From positions 128,001 through 192,000 of IMG/VR virus record IMGVR_UViG_3300045988_175328: a DNA stretch of 64,000 nt, one strand, 5' to 3'. This DNA is from a virus. Both the position numbers and the translations under genes were made by a program. The notes below the pieces were generated by a model. The model was not told the DNA's origin. It did no database searches and saw nothing but the letters and a program-made list of their open reading frames with translations. Below are positions 42,101 to 50,925 of the stretch, in pieces. The number at the start of each line of letters is the position of its first letter. Position 1 is the stretch's first letter.

Positions 42101-44141
42101 AGCTAAAGCTACTAAGGAAGAATTGGCTGCTAAAGCTAATGCAAGCGACTTAACTCCTTTAGCCACTAAAGAAGAAGTTAATACTAAAGCACAAGAATTA
42201 ACGACAGCTATCGAAGCTAAAACAACTCTTGATGCAGTGAAAGCAGTATATGATCCTAAGATCGAAACTATTAATTCTAAAGATGCTGAGCAAGATGCTA
42301 AGATTCAAGCTAATACTACAGCTCTTGAAGGTAAAGCTAATACATCTGCTTTAGAAACATTAGCAACAAAAGAAGAGGTTGCTGGCAAAGCCGACAAATC
42401 TCAATTGTTAGCTCTTGCTACTAAAGAAGAATTAGCTCTTAAAGCAGATGCTGCTACATTATCTTCTTACTTAACTGGCGAACAAGCTACTGGCTTATAT
42501 GCTCCAAAAGAAGCAACAGCTAATGCTATTGAAGAAGTTAAACGAGATGTTACTACAATTCGTGATACCACAATCGATGCAAAAGTAACAGCTAAACTTG
42601 GCGAAGAATTACCAAAATACCAATTAAAAGGTAATTATGTAACTCGTGAAACTGCTGACGCTACATACCAACCTATCGGTCAATATGTAACGACAGAAAA
42701 AGCTAATGAACTTCATCAAGAAGCATTAGGTAAAGCAGCCGAAGCTAAATCTGCAGCCGATACTGTAACAAATACTGTAACGACTACTCTTCCAACTCTT
42801 GCAACTAAAGAAGAAGTTGGCACCGCTAAAACTGAAGTTCTTTCTTCTGTTGAAGCTGGATACGTTAAAAAAACTGCTCTTGCTGATTACGTTACAACTG
42901 CAAAACATACAGAAGACTTAACAACTAAAGAAACTGAGATTAAAGCCTTCGCCGAAGAAACTTATCTTAAAAAATCTGACGCTAAAAAAGTTGGTCTTAC
43001 TGAACAAGATGTTGACAGCATTGTCGATAATAAATTAGTTGATGTTAAAGAAGCTGTAAAAACAGTAACAGAAATCAAAGCTAATGTCGGTAAAAATCAA
43101 TCTAGCGTAGAAGGCATTATTGCTACTTTATCTGAAAAAGCATCGAAAGAAGAAACTAAAGATCTTGCATCTAAAGTTCTTTTAAATCAAACTAAAGAAG
43201 CATTAGAACAATCTATCCAAGCTCAAGTTCAAGCTTTAGCTGAAGCTAAACAAGCATTAGAACAAGCTATTTCTTCTCAACATGATTCTGATATCGCGGC
43301 ATTCCAAACTAAAGCTGATTTCGCGACATGGTTAACTGATACTTATACAGCAGCTATTAATCAAATCAAAACTGATATGATGACAGCTGAAAAAACTGGT
43401 ACAGCTATCGACGAAAAATTAAAAACTTTCCGCACAACATTAGATTCTGTATTCCAACCTATCGGTGATTACATTACTCGTGAAGAGTTTAATCGCAACA
43501 CTCCTGGTTATATCACTAAAACAGAATCTGATCGTTTGTATCAAGGTATTGGTAACTATGCAACAGCTACTGATGTTGAATCTCAAATCAATGCTGTTAA
43601 ACAAACTATTCAAGGTATTCAATCTGCAGCTAATAATGCATTAACTCTTGATGGAGCTAAAGCAGTATTCGCGTTGAAAGGTGATTATTTCACTCGTGCC
43701 GATCTTGAAACTATTGCTAAAGATTCTGCTTTTGCAACAGTTATCAATCAAGCGATTGCTTCTCAAAACTTCTTAGACTCTGCAACAGCAGAATCTCGTT
43801 ACCAACGTAAAGGTAATTTTGCAACAAAAGAAGAAGTTCAACAATTAATCGATGGCGCAGGATTATCCTCTGATCAAAGTGCAGCTCTTGCTAAACTTGA
43901 AGGTTTCGATAAAGCAAACTATGTTCTTAAAGAAACTTACGATACTAAAGTTCAAGCTCTTCAAGCTGAGATCGATGCTCTTAAATCTAAACCAGCAGTA
44001 GCACAATCTGGTGCAGCTGCTACTCGTCCATCTCAAAATCTAGTTGCTGGACAAATGTTCTTCAATACTGACACAAAAGCAATGGAATACTACGATGGCA
44101 CTCAATGGGTATCTCCATTAACAGCTACTCGTATTTCTTAA
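39129..44141 (+). CDS. giant Ala-rich coiled-coil/repeat tail fibre (1670 aa)
   Basis: SD TAGGAGAACAAATG. About 450 aa of A/K/E coiled coil is followed by ATKEE-type repeats. The C-terminal tip is SQNLVAGQMFFNTDTKAMEYYDGTQWVSPL. A strong terminator follows. Confidence 0.75.
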   Translation: MLKSRIHFGLYDPRKDRGINFNGGNGGSVTPSAPTTDLTDLSNAVKAADQAVKAAEQKLAETKATADSNKEKTAENNSLAKAAQAAADVAKASAELAKAEAAAAKAKGEEAVGLANAGTAKANEVEAKAQEAKVAADAAKEAADAAKAAIEEVKALAQEAKQKAEQAAAGNATPSAPASDPAAARKAEEAKQEAAAAKAAVEEAKPKVEAAKQAADEAKAKAEELGPKIEEAKTLARKAQEDANLAKAGLEEVKPKIDAAKQTAEDAKTKADEAKAAIDGLKEKNDELKQKVNEALTAVQGQNDGISEAKTKAADALGKANETLQKFPVLDAKVDTAKEVAEAAKAKANEVEAIANAANEAALATNRAISELTPKVEEAKTLATEAKEKANEVEGKATEAKTAAGEATAKAEAADTKAQGVKEAVDTLKQEIAADKENIKATYLPKTEAAAMYQPKGEYVSLTELAEKIREANDGDLKATDADAKYATKAEIEALNKAMTPEAVAQIKKAIQVLQDNPDLMEQIAKKANADTVYTKEQMDHDLQELRKLITDLETKVKEPGEAPDLTQFVKLSELSEKVLALVDLTPYLTKEEAERTYLKKVDLPDIEAIKTQLATKLDESALQTVTQTLELLVTDVQANKADVLKYKQQITEANDNAAAAKAKAEGLEPRVAGIEEKQEFVKRTVMEASAKADAAGGQIQSIREFIDNLHVPEVSGFATKKEVAGKADKSQLEALATKEELGAKANASDLTSLATKEEVAAKANASDLTSLATKEEVAAKANASDLTSLATKEELQAKANASDLTSLATKEELATKANASDLTPLATKEEVNAVDTKATGLTTRVETLENATHFTKAEADEAYQPKGEYALKSQLDAIAGLDSATVEKLKAMLTDLEANGNVAAIVEKLGKVYTKEEANGLLAALATKEEIADVVKSPALAALKQELETAIEANATKEELAAKANASDLTPLATKEELTAKAQELTTVIEAKATKEELAAKANASDLTPLATKEEVNTKAQELTTAIEAKTTLDAVKAVYDPKIETINSKDAEQDAKIQANTTALEGKANTSALETLATKEEVAGKADKSQLLALATKEELALKADAATLSSYLTGEQATGLYAPKEATANAIEEVKRDVTTIRDTTIDAKVTAKLGEELPKYQLKGNYVTRETADATYQPIGQYVTTEKANELHQEALGKAAEAKSAADTVTNTVTTTLPTLATKEEVGTAKTEVLSSVEAGYVKKTALADYVTTAKHTEDLTTKETEIKAFAEETYLKKSDAKKVGLTEQDVDSIVDNKLVDVKEAVKTVTEIKANVGKNQSSVEGIIATLSEKASKEETKDLASKVLLNQTKEALEQSIQAQVQALAEAKQALEQAISSQHDSDIAAFQTKADFATWLTDTYTAAINQIKTDMMTAEKTGTAIDEKLKTFRTTLDSVFQPIGDYITREEFNRNTPGYITKTESDRLYQGIGNYATATDVESQINAVKQTIQGIQSAANNALTLDGAKAVFALKGDYFTRADLETIAKDSAFATVINQAIASQNFLDSATAESRYQRKGNFATKEEVQQLIDGAGLSSDQSAALAKLEGFDKANYVLKETYDTKVQALQAEIDALKSKPAVAQSGAAATRPSQNLVAGQMFFNTDTKAMEYYDGTQWVSPLTATRIS
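41337..41606 (+). repeat. 5 x 54-bp in-frame tandem repeat inside the fibre gene
   Basis: The unit encodes ATKEE(V/L)xAKANASDLT(S/P)L. Copies start at 41337, 41391, 41445, 41499 and 41553. A related 114-bp unit (ATKEELAAKANASDLTPLATKEExxxKAQELTTxIEAK) occurs twice at 41994-42221. Confidence 0.85.
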
Positions 44142-44155
44142 TCTAATTATTAATT

Positions 44156-44187
44156 AAGAGGCGGTTTAACTGCCGCCTCTTTTTTAC
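44156..44187 (+). terminator. rho-independent terminator after the giant fibre gene
   Basis: AAGAGGCGG (44156-44164) / CCGCCTCTT (44173-44181), then TTTTT. Confidence 0.85.
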
Positions 44188-44204
44188 TTAAGAAAGGAAA
44201 TTTT

Positions 44205-45125
44205 ATGTCAGAAAAAGACGTTAAAAAAATTGCGTTCTGTTCTTTAGATGAATATAAAACAATTCAAAAAGAAGAAGGAACGGAATATATTATCGACGCT
44301 GCCGATATTTCTGAAGCGATTACAAATAGTGACGCAATTGATCCTGGGCATTCATCAGAAAGCCATACGTCTAAAGAAGAGGTATGTAAATTTCCAGTTT
44401 TTGTTAGAAGATTTTTTGTCCGAAAAGAATCTGATGAAGAAGGCGCTAGTTATTTTTGTGTAGATGTTCATAAAACTTTTGGCGGGTATAAACAAGAATT
44501 AAAAAGTGATAATTATTTTTATTTATCAAAAAGTCATTTTTCTAATATTGATTTTTCTACTAATTCTCATTTTGAACATACTGTAAAAACAATTACATCT
44601 TATGGAAAAAAATATTATATTCATTATTTTAAGATGATCCCACATTCTGGAGCAGAAAGCTCAGCCTTTACTATGGGAAGCTATAAGAGTAAATATAATA
44701 TTTATTTGTCTACTTCTTTAAATGTTCCATCTGATTATATTAAAATTTATGAATCATATAATTTAGATAACATCAGTATTTATAATGAAGAACTTGATCT
44801 TGAGCCATATATTTATCTTGATGATATGAAGTATGGTTATACTCAACCGTTTATTATAGAAGCTACCTCTGAAGAAATTCCAGAACAGTATCGAGAAAAA
44901 TTTGAAGAATATAAACATAAATTCATAGATCATTTCAATCAATCTAAAATGAAATTTTATGTTATACCAAAAGAATATGGTAAGTACATTAATATCGACG
45001 AGCGAGATTTTCAAGATTCAAAGTTATTCGAAAAAGATATTTTTTTTGATAATTACAATAACATTCCTGAAGATCAAGAGTATTTATTTTTAATGATGTA
45101 TTTTCAAGAATTTAAATTAAATTAA
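44205..45125 (+). CDS. fibre/RBP-like protein with a conserved N-terminal adaptor, paralog of 45135..46079
   Basis: SD AAAGGAAATTTTATG. N-terminal MSEKDVKKIAFCSLDEYKTIQKEEGTEYIIDAADISEAITNSDAIDPGHSSESH vs MSQDKVNKIVFCSLDEYKTLSKEENTGYIIDAKDVSEAITNSDTIESGGHSSEGH. The C-terminal parts are unrelated. Confidence 0.55.
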   Translation: MSEKDVKKIAFCSLDEYKTIQKEEGTEYIIDAADISEAITNSDAIDPGHSSESHTSKEEVCKFPVFVRRFFVRKESDEEGASYFCVDVHKTFGGYKQELKSDNYFYLSKSHFSNIDFSTNSHFEHTVKTITSYGKKYYIHYFKMIPHSGAESSAFTMGSYKSKYNIYLSTSLNVPSDYIKIYESYNLDNISIYNEELDLEPYIYLDDMKYGYTQPFIIEATSEEIPEQYREKFEEYKHKFIDHFNQSKMKFYVIPKEYGKYINIDERDFQDSKLFEKDIFFDNYNNIPEDQEYLFLMMYFQEFKLN

Positions 45126-45134
45126 TAGGTAAAG

Positions 45135-46079
45135 ATGTCTCAAGATAAAGTAAATAAAATTGTATTTTGTTCTTTAGATGAGTATAAAACTCTAAGTAAG
45201 GAAGAAAATACAGGATATATAATCGATGCTAAAGATGTCTCTGAGGCTATTACAAACAGTGATACTATAGAATCTGGTGGACATAGTTCTGAAGGTCATT
45301 CTGTCGATCCGAATCAAGAACCTGATTTTATCTGGCTGCCACATCTTTATAAAAAGTTTGATTTACAAAATGTAAAAGAGCCAGCATCTTTAGAATATGA
45401 AACGAATAATCCAAGTAGAATTGGGTATGCGAAACCAGTTATTTTTCAAGGGACATTAAAAAATAAGCAAATACAATTACTCGATAATGTAATTAATTAC
45501 GATGCTTTAACTGAAGTTAATATCGGCAATATTTCAATCGACAAATTTAATAATTTGTCTCTTTTGAGGATTCCACTAAATAAAGAGAAGTTGCCCTTTT
45601 TCTTTAAAGGCAATACTCAAGAGAAAATTTTTCCTGTGTTATCTACACTTTCTGAGTCTACTTCTTCTTCTGAATTTCCAATTCCTTTTGTTTATTATTC
45701 TGTAGGAGAATCTAGTTCATTTTCCTTTTCTGCTAATGATCGGGACTATTATTTTAGCAATCCTATATATAATTCTACCGATAAAACATCTGAATGGAGT
45801 TTTTATCTTGATGAAGAAAGAAATTATTACATTCAAAGTTCTTTTATCGAAACAAAAGAAATAAAAGAAATGCAAGATGGACCAGAAAAAGAAGCAGCTA
45901 AAAAAGAAAGAAAAACAAAGCTAGTTGAAAAGCTAAAGAATCAGAATAATTTATTTTACTTCTGTGGAGTCGATTATTTCCAATTTAGTAATATTCAAGA
46001 GCCTCCTGATGCTGAAAATTTTAATTGGTTTAACATTGGAGATTTAAAAGTACGATTCAAAAAACTTCACCGTTCCTAA
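45135..46079 (+). CDS. fibre/RBP-like protein, paralog of 44205..45125 with a different C-terminal domain
   Basis: See 44205..45125. Confidence 0.55.
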   Translation: MSQDKVNKIVFCSLDEYKTLSKEENTGYIIDAKDVSEAITNSDTIESGGHSSEGHSVDPNQEPDFIWLPHLYKKFDLQNVKEPASLEYETNNPSRIGYAKPVIFQGTLKNKQIQLLDNVINYDALTEVNIGNISIDKFNNLSLLRIPLNKEKLPFFFKGNTQEKIFPVLSTLSESTSSSEFPIPFVYYSVGESSSFSFSANDRDYYFSNPIYNSTDKTSEWSFYLDEERNYYIQSSFIETKEIKEMQDGPEKEAAKKERKTKLVEKLKNQNNLFYFCGVDYFQFSNIQEPPDAENFNWFNIGDLKVRFKKLHRS

Positions 46080-46098
46080 TTAATAGAAAGAGATACCG

Positions 46099-46452
46099 TT
46101 GAGCTTACTTAGTTTTACCTTCGCAGAGATTCTATCCCTCGTCATTGGTTGTATCACTATTTGCGGTACAATCATTGGGGCCTACGACAAACGGATCTCT
46201 GTCTTACGAGACAATGAAATACTTAAACTTCGTCTCGAATTAGAATCAGTTTATAAAGACAATCGACATACCGTCGAAATGAATACTGACGCTATCAATA
46301 CATTAGCTCTCAGTATTAATAAGCTTAATGAAGCCGTTGACTTAATGCAAGAAAAAATGGTTAATTTAACGGCTGAGCAAAGCGCAGTCAAAGAGTCTCT
46401 TAAAATTGCGCATAAACGTATCACAGAGCTCCACGACTATCACCATCAATAA
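46099..46452 (+). CDS. membrane-anchored coiled-coil protein (TTG start, uncertain)
   Basis: N-terminal hydrophobic segment FAEILSLVIGCITICGTIIGAY, then a helical region. A terminator follows. Confidence 0.4.
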   Translation: MSLLSFTFAEILSLVIGCITICGTIIGAYDKRISVLRDNEILKLRLELESVYKDNRHTVEMNTDAINTLALSINKLNEAVDLMQEKMVNLTAEQSAVKESLKIAHKRITELHDYHHQ

Positions 46453-46458
46453 TATTTC

Positions 46459-46493
46459 GGGCGGGATATTATCATATATCTCGCCCCTTTTTA
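46459..46493 (+). terminator. rho-independent terminator
   Basis: GGGCGGGATAT ... ATATCTCGCCCC stem, then TTTTTAC. Confidence 0.7.
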
Positions 46494-46512
46494 CTAACAA
46501 AAAGGATTGTTA

Positions 46513-48885
46513 ATGTCAGAAAATATTAAAGATATTCGATTAGTTACTGCCGAAAAATATAAAGAGTTTACGACAGATAATATATCTGACGATAACATTG
46601 CATATCTTATCAATTCTGGTGAACTTCTTCTTAAAACAGAATTTGATACGTTCAAAGAAACAGTTCCGACAAAAGAACAAGTTTCTTCGACATATGCAGA
46701 AAAAACATCTTTAGCTCCTTACGAAACTAAAGAGAATGCCGAAGCTCTTTATTTAAAAAAGAGTGACGCAGAAACTACGTATTTGCAACCAAAAGATTTA
46801 GAAAATATTCCTAAAAAATCTGACTTAAATCTATATCTTACAAAAGAATCGGCTTCTTCTGCTTACGCGACAAAAGAAGAAATAGGTACTTTTATTACGA
46901 CAGAAACTGCAGAGAGAGCTTTTCTAAAAAAAGAAACTGCCGATTCTACGTATGCAGCAAAATCTGAAATTCCAGATGTAAGCTCTTTTCTTACAAGTAA
47001 AACGGCAGAAGAAACATACGCTAAAAAAGATCAGCTCAATAATTTATTAACGACAGATGTCGCTGACTCTACGTATTTAAAACAAGACACTGCGTCTTCT
47101 ACATATGCATTAAAATCAGAGATTCCGGCTTTAGATCCGTATGTAACAAAAGATTCAGCGAACTCTACATATGCCTTAAAAACAGATCTTAACAATATAC
47201 CGACAGAAGCATCTATTTCTGAAACATACGTAAAGAAAACAGATCTTAACCTCGATACATATGTAACGAAAGATACAGCGTCTTCTACTTACGCGACAAA
47301 AGAAGAGTTAACTCCTCTTTTAAGATCTGCTTCTGCCGAAGAAACGTACCTTAAAAAAGCTGACCTTAATCTTGATCCATACTTAACTAAAGATACGGCT
47401 TCTTCCTCTTATGCGACTAAAAATGAAATCGCTAATTTCTTAACGGAAACATCTGCCGATTCTTCTTATGCTAAGAAAGAAGAGTTAACTCCTCTTTTAA
47501 CAACAGCCGCTGCCGAAGAAACATATCTTAAGAAGAATGATGTTCATCTCGATACATATCTTACAAAAGATACAGCATCTTCAACTTATGCATTAAAAAC
47601 AGATCTTACTCCATTTGTGACAACTGAATCTATTGAAGCTACTTATTTAAAGAAATCTGATAGCGAAAATTTCTTAACTAAGAATATTGCTTCTTCTACA
47701 TACTTAAGTAAAACTGATGCTGAGTCTCTTTACATTCCTAAAACAGAAGAACAATCTTTCTTAAAAACAGAAACTGCAGATTCTGTATATTTAACTAAAA
47801 ATGATGCAGAGTCTACTTATATGAAAAAAGGATCGGCGCTAACTGAAGAAGAAGCGAATTCTCTTTTCGCCAAAAAATCAGAAATCCCGACTGGTTATGC
47901 TGCGCAATCAGAAGTAGAATCGACATACTTAAAAAAATCTGATGCAGAGTCCACGTATTTAAAGACAGCAACGGCTGCTTCTACGTACGCATTAAAATCT
48001 CAGATTCCTTCTGCCGATACGTTCGTAACGAAAGAATCGGCTGAAAAAACATATTTAAAATCTGCTGATGCTGATACTAAGTATGCTTTAAAATCTGAGG
48101 TTGGTTCTTCTACAGCAAGCGGTTCTTTTACAAAAGAAATAGCCGATAACACATATTTATCGAAAGAGACTGCAGAATCTACATACTTAAAAACAGCAAC
48201 AGCTGCTTCTACGTATGCGTTAAAATCTAGTATCCCTTCCTTATCTGATTATTTAACAAAAGATTCGGCGGCATCTACATATTTAACGACCGCAAAGGCC
48301 GATGAAGTTTATCAAAAAAAATCAGAATTAATTACTGCTCTTGATAACTATGTTACAAAAAAACTTGCGAACGAAACTTTTGTTACACAAGATTCTTTAA
48401 ATAAACAAAAAGTTCTACTTCATTCTATAAAAGAAATTACTCCGCAAGGCGTTAAAGGTACTGCTAAGATTTCTTTTAATCGTACTGATAATATTGTTCA
48501 AGTAACATTTGGCGGTCTTTCTTGGGGCATGTTCAATGTTCTTCCATTTGATCAACTCAAGAAAACTCGTGAAGTAAATGGATATAAATGGTTCATGTTC
48601 ACGAAAACAAGCAACAACCGAGATTACACTCATACTCATGTTGTTCCTGAAGGATATCGATCTGAAGGTTCCGTCATTACAACAATCTGTCTCGATAGCG
48701 GCGAACCGATCGGAACTATGTATCTCGGCGGCAAAGATGATATGAATATTATTGTACTTCGTATTGCTAACGATAAAGTACAAAGTGCTCTTGACAAAGG
48801 ATTCCGAGTATCCCCAGCATTCTATCTTACTACCGATGCTCTTCCTCAAGAAACACGCGGTAATAAAATTCAGGTACCACAATAA
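46513..48885 (+). CDS. repeat-rich tail fibre (about 790 aa)
   Basis: AAAGGA SD before ATG 46513; TTG 46507 is rejected. There are dozens of degenerate units such as TKDTASSTYATKEEL / YLKKSDAESTY. The C-terminal part is a globular domain. Confidence 0.7.
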   Translation: MSENIKDIRLVTAEKYKEFTTDNISDDNIAYLINSGELLLKTEFDTFKETVPTKEQVSSTYAEKTSLAPYETKENAEALYLKKSDAETTYLQPKDLENIPKKSDLNLYLTKESASSAYATKEEIGTFITTETAERAFLKKETADSTYAAKSEIPDVSSFLTSKTAEETYAKKDQLNNLLTTDVADSTYLKQDTASSTYALKSEIPALDPYVTKDSANSTYALKTDLNNIPTEASISETYVKKTDLNLDTYVTKDTASSTYATKEELTPLLRSASAEETYLKKADLNLDPYLTKDTASSSYATKNEIANFLTETSADSSYAKKEELTPLLTTAAAEETYLKKNDVHLDTYLTKDTASSTYALKTDLTPFVTTESIEATYLKKSDSENFLTKNIASSTYLSKTDAESLYIPKTEEQSFLKTETADSVYLTKNDAESTYMKKGSALTEEEANSLFAKKSEIPTGYAAQSEVESTYLKKSDAESTYLKTATAASTYALKSQIPSADTFVTKESAEKTYLKSADADTKYALKSEVGSSTASGSFTKEIADNTYLSKETAESTYLKTATAASTYALKSSIPSLSDYLTKDSAASTYLTTAKADEVYQKKSELITALDNYVTKKLANETFVTQDSLNKQKVLLHSIKEITPQGVKGTAKISFNRTDNIVQVTFGGLSWGMFNVLPFDQLKKTREVNGYKWFMFTKTSNNRDYTHTHVVPEGYRSEGSVITTICLDSGEPIGTMYLGGKDDMNIIVLRIANDKVQSALDKGFRVSPAFYLTTDALPQETRGNKIQVPQ

Positions 48886-49145
48886 TGAAAAATCTTTTTA
48901 AAATGATGCTCTATGAAAACGATCAGTTAAGCTACACACGAATCATTTCGTTCACTTTACTTTTACTGCTTGTATTCGTAACACTTTATCTTGTAATTTC
49001 TGATACGGCTTGGCAGCATTATGAGACACTTGCCGGCATTGCTGGCGGCGGATCAACAGCTACACAAGTCGCGAATAAATTAATTAACAGTAAATACAAT
49101 TCGGCAGTTGGATCTTACGAACAAAAAAGCGATCGAGAAATATGA
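48885..49145 (+). CDS. small single-pass membrane protein (holin-like, speculative)
   Basis: 86 aa with one TM segment IISFTLLLLLVFVTLYLVI. It is translationally coupled on both sides and lies two genes upstream of an amidase. Confidence 0.3.
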   Translation: MKNLFKMMLYENDQLSYTRIISFTLLLLLVFVTLYLVISDTAWQHYETLAGIAGGGSTATQVANKLINSKYNSAVGSYEQKSDREI

Positions 49146-50350
49146 GAAAAATAAAAGCACCAAAATTAAAAATTAATGTGCTTTCCTCTGAAGACTTTAA
49201 GAGAGCGTCGACAAACGCTCTCTTTAAAGATAGCGAAGTATATATCCTCTCGAAGGACTCCATACTGGATCTTTACCGAGATTTAACTTCGCTCTCTCAA
49301 GGAAAGCAAACTAAATTACATCCGAAAAATACTTCGATTCTTTTATCGCCGAACGGCGAGATCGAAGCTAATATAGATTTATCTCCGTACTACACACGAT
49401 CCGAAGCGTTAAAACAATTCGTATCACGTAGCGAACAGCCCGATAATAGCTACTATTCTAATTTAGTACGGGATTTCTTTAAAGCCGATAAGATTAAAGG
49501 CGCCGGTCTTATTAATGTGACTCGGAATGAAGATGTTTACACCGTATCGTCTTCAATGCCGTTCTCGTTTGATAATAACCGCATCCATATTGGCGACGGT
49601 ACTGGCGGTAATGCCGGTACAACAATTGGCCATAACTCTTCGGCACAGCATTCTAATTCTGTAGCTCTTGGCTCCGATTCGGTTGCTACGCTTCCGAATG
49701 AAGTATCGGTTGGCAACTCTCAAACTAAACGTAAAATTACGAATGTCGATAAAGGTGTTGAACCAACTGATGTCGTAACGGTAGCTCAATTACAAGAAGC
49801 AATTAATACTGTTAAAAATAATCTTACGAATATTGCTTCTCAGCTTTATCCGATCGGGGCTGTTTACATTACAGTACTTACTCATAACCCGACCGATCTT
49901 TTCGGTGGTCAGTGGGTTAAGCTTCCGGCCGGCAAAATGCTTATTAATGAAGGCGACGGATTTAATCTTAATGAAATCGGCGGCGAGAAAGAGCATGTAT
50001 TAACTGAAGCCGAGATGCCAGGGCATGCACATGTATTAGATGGCAAAGGAAGAATTCAAACAAATACTGTTGAACTAAAGGGGAATATCTCTTATTCTCA
50101 ATCTGGTGACAATGGAGGTGGCTTAGCTAAATATAGATCATCTAATGGTATTGTTAAAGTTGAATCTTATTACGGAGAACAGACAAGAAAAGGTGATAGT
50201 GGAGATTCTGCTATTAATCTTAATATTGATGCTTCTCACTCTCATATATTAGATTTGTCTTCTCTATCAATGCAACGAGCCGGCTCCTCTGTGGCTCATA
50301 ACAATATGCCACCATATCTTGTCGTTAATATGTGGAAACGTGTCGGTTAA
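49142..50350 (+). CDS. tail fibre with a C-terminal phage tail-collar / MdpB-like domain
   Basis: YPIGAVYITVLTHNPTDLFGGQWVKLPAGKMLI...GGEKEHVLTEAEMPGHAHV...SHSHIL...HNNMPPYLVVNMWKRVG fits the collar-domain pattern (PiG.i.......P.gW..c.G ... lt..qmP.H.H ... hnN.qPyl.l...i). Confidence 0.65.
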   Translation: MRKIKAPKLKINVLSSEDFKRASTNALFKDSEVYILSKDSILDLYRDLTSLSQGKQTKLHPKNTSILLSPNGEIEANIDLSPYYTRSEALKQFVSRSEQPDNSYYSNLVRDFFKADKIKGAGLINVTRNEDVYTVSSSMPFSFDNNRIHIGDGTGGNAGTTIGHNSSAQHSNSVALGSDSVATLPNEVSVGNSQTKRKITNVDKGVEPTDVVTVAQLQEAINTVKNNLTNIASQLYPIGAVYITVLTHNPTDLFGGQWVKLPAGKMLINEGDGFNLNEIGGEKEHVLTEAEMPGHAHVLDGKGRIQTNTVELKGNISYSQSGDNGGGLAKYRSSNGIVKVESYYGEQTRKGDSGDSAINLNIDASHSHILDLSSLSMQRAGSSVAHNNMPPYLVVNMWKRVG

Positions 50351-50367
50351 TACGAAAGGATTTCTTA

Positions 50368-50925
50368 ATGCAATTAACTAAAGATCAATTACTTAATACA
50401 TGCGAAGAACAAGGCTATAATAATACAAAGATTACTCTTCATTGGTCAGCCGGCCATTATGATCAGTTATTCGATGACTATCATCTTTGTATCGATGGTA
50501 ATGGTAACTTCCATCAGATGAAAGATTTTAGTGAAGTCGGCGCCCATTGCTATCGTGAGAATACGAATAACTTCGGCATCTCGGTATGCTCGAACTACAA
50601 TTCCGGCCTCTACGAAAACTCTCCGGGATATTTTACGTACGAACCAGGACCAGAACCTGTTAATTATAATCAACTCGAATCGCTTGCACATGCTGTAGCC
50701 GTATGCTGCGTTACTTGGGGATTACCGTTATCGCAAGTATTTACTCACGGCGAACGTTGTTTAATTCGTCAAGACCTCTACGACTACGAAACAGAACGTT
50801 GGGATCTCGATATCCTCGTTCCAGAATGTCACGTACGCAAGACATCGCCAACGACAACATCTGGTGGCGACTGGATTCGTAACCGAGCACGAGAACTTGC
50901 TAAGAGCTGGGGGACGGAGCTCTAA
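50368..50925 (+). CDS. N-acetylmuramoyl-L-alanine amidase (Amidase_2 / T7-lysozyme-like)
   Basis: AAAGGA SD before ATG 50368. ITLHWSAG, DYHLCIDGNGNFHQ, VGAHCYRENTNNFGISVC and VFTHGE parallel T7 lysozyme IFVHCSAT, GYHFIIKRDGTVE, GSHAKGYNHNSIGVC and AHHE. Confidence 0.75.
   Translation: MQLTKDQLLNTCEEQGYNNTKITLHWSAGHYDQLFDDYHLCIDGNGNFHQMKDFSEVGAHCYRENTNNFGISVCSNYNSGLYENSPGYFTYEPGPEPVNYNQLESLAHAVAVCCVTWGLPLSQVFTHGERCLIRQDLYDYETERWDLDILVPECHVRKTSPTTTSGGDWIRNRARELAKSWGTEL

Noticed and set aside
48885-49145. Confident holin/endolysin cassette call
   Set aside because: The small membrane protein has only one clear TM segment and is separated from the amidase by a 402-aa fibre gene. It is kept only as a low-confidence holin-like label.
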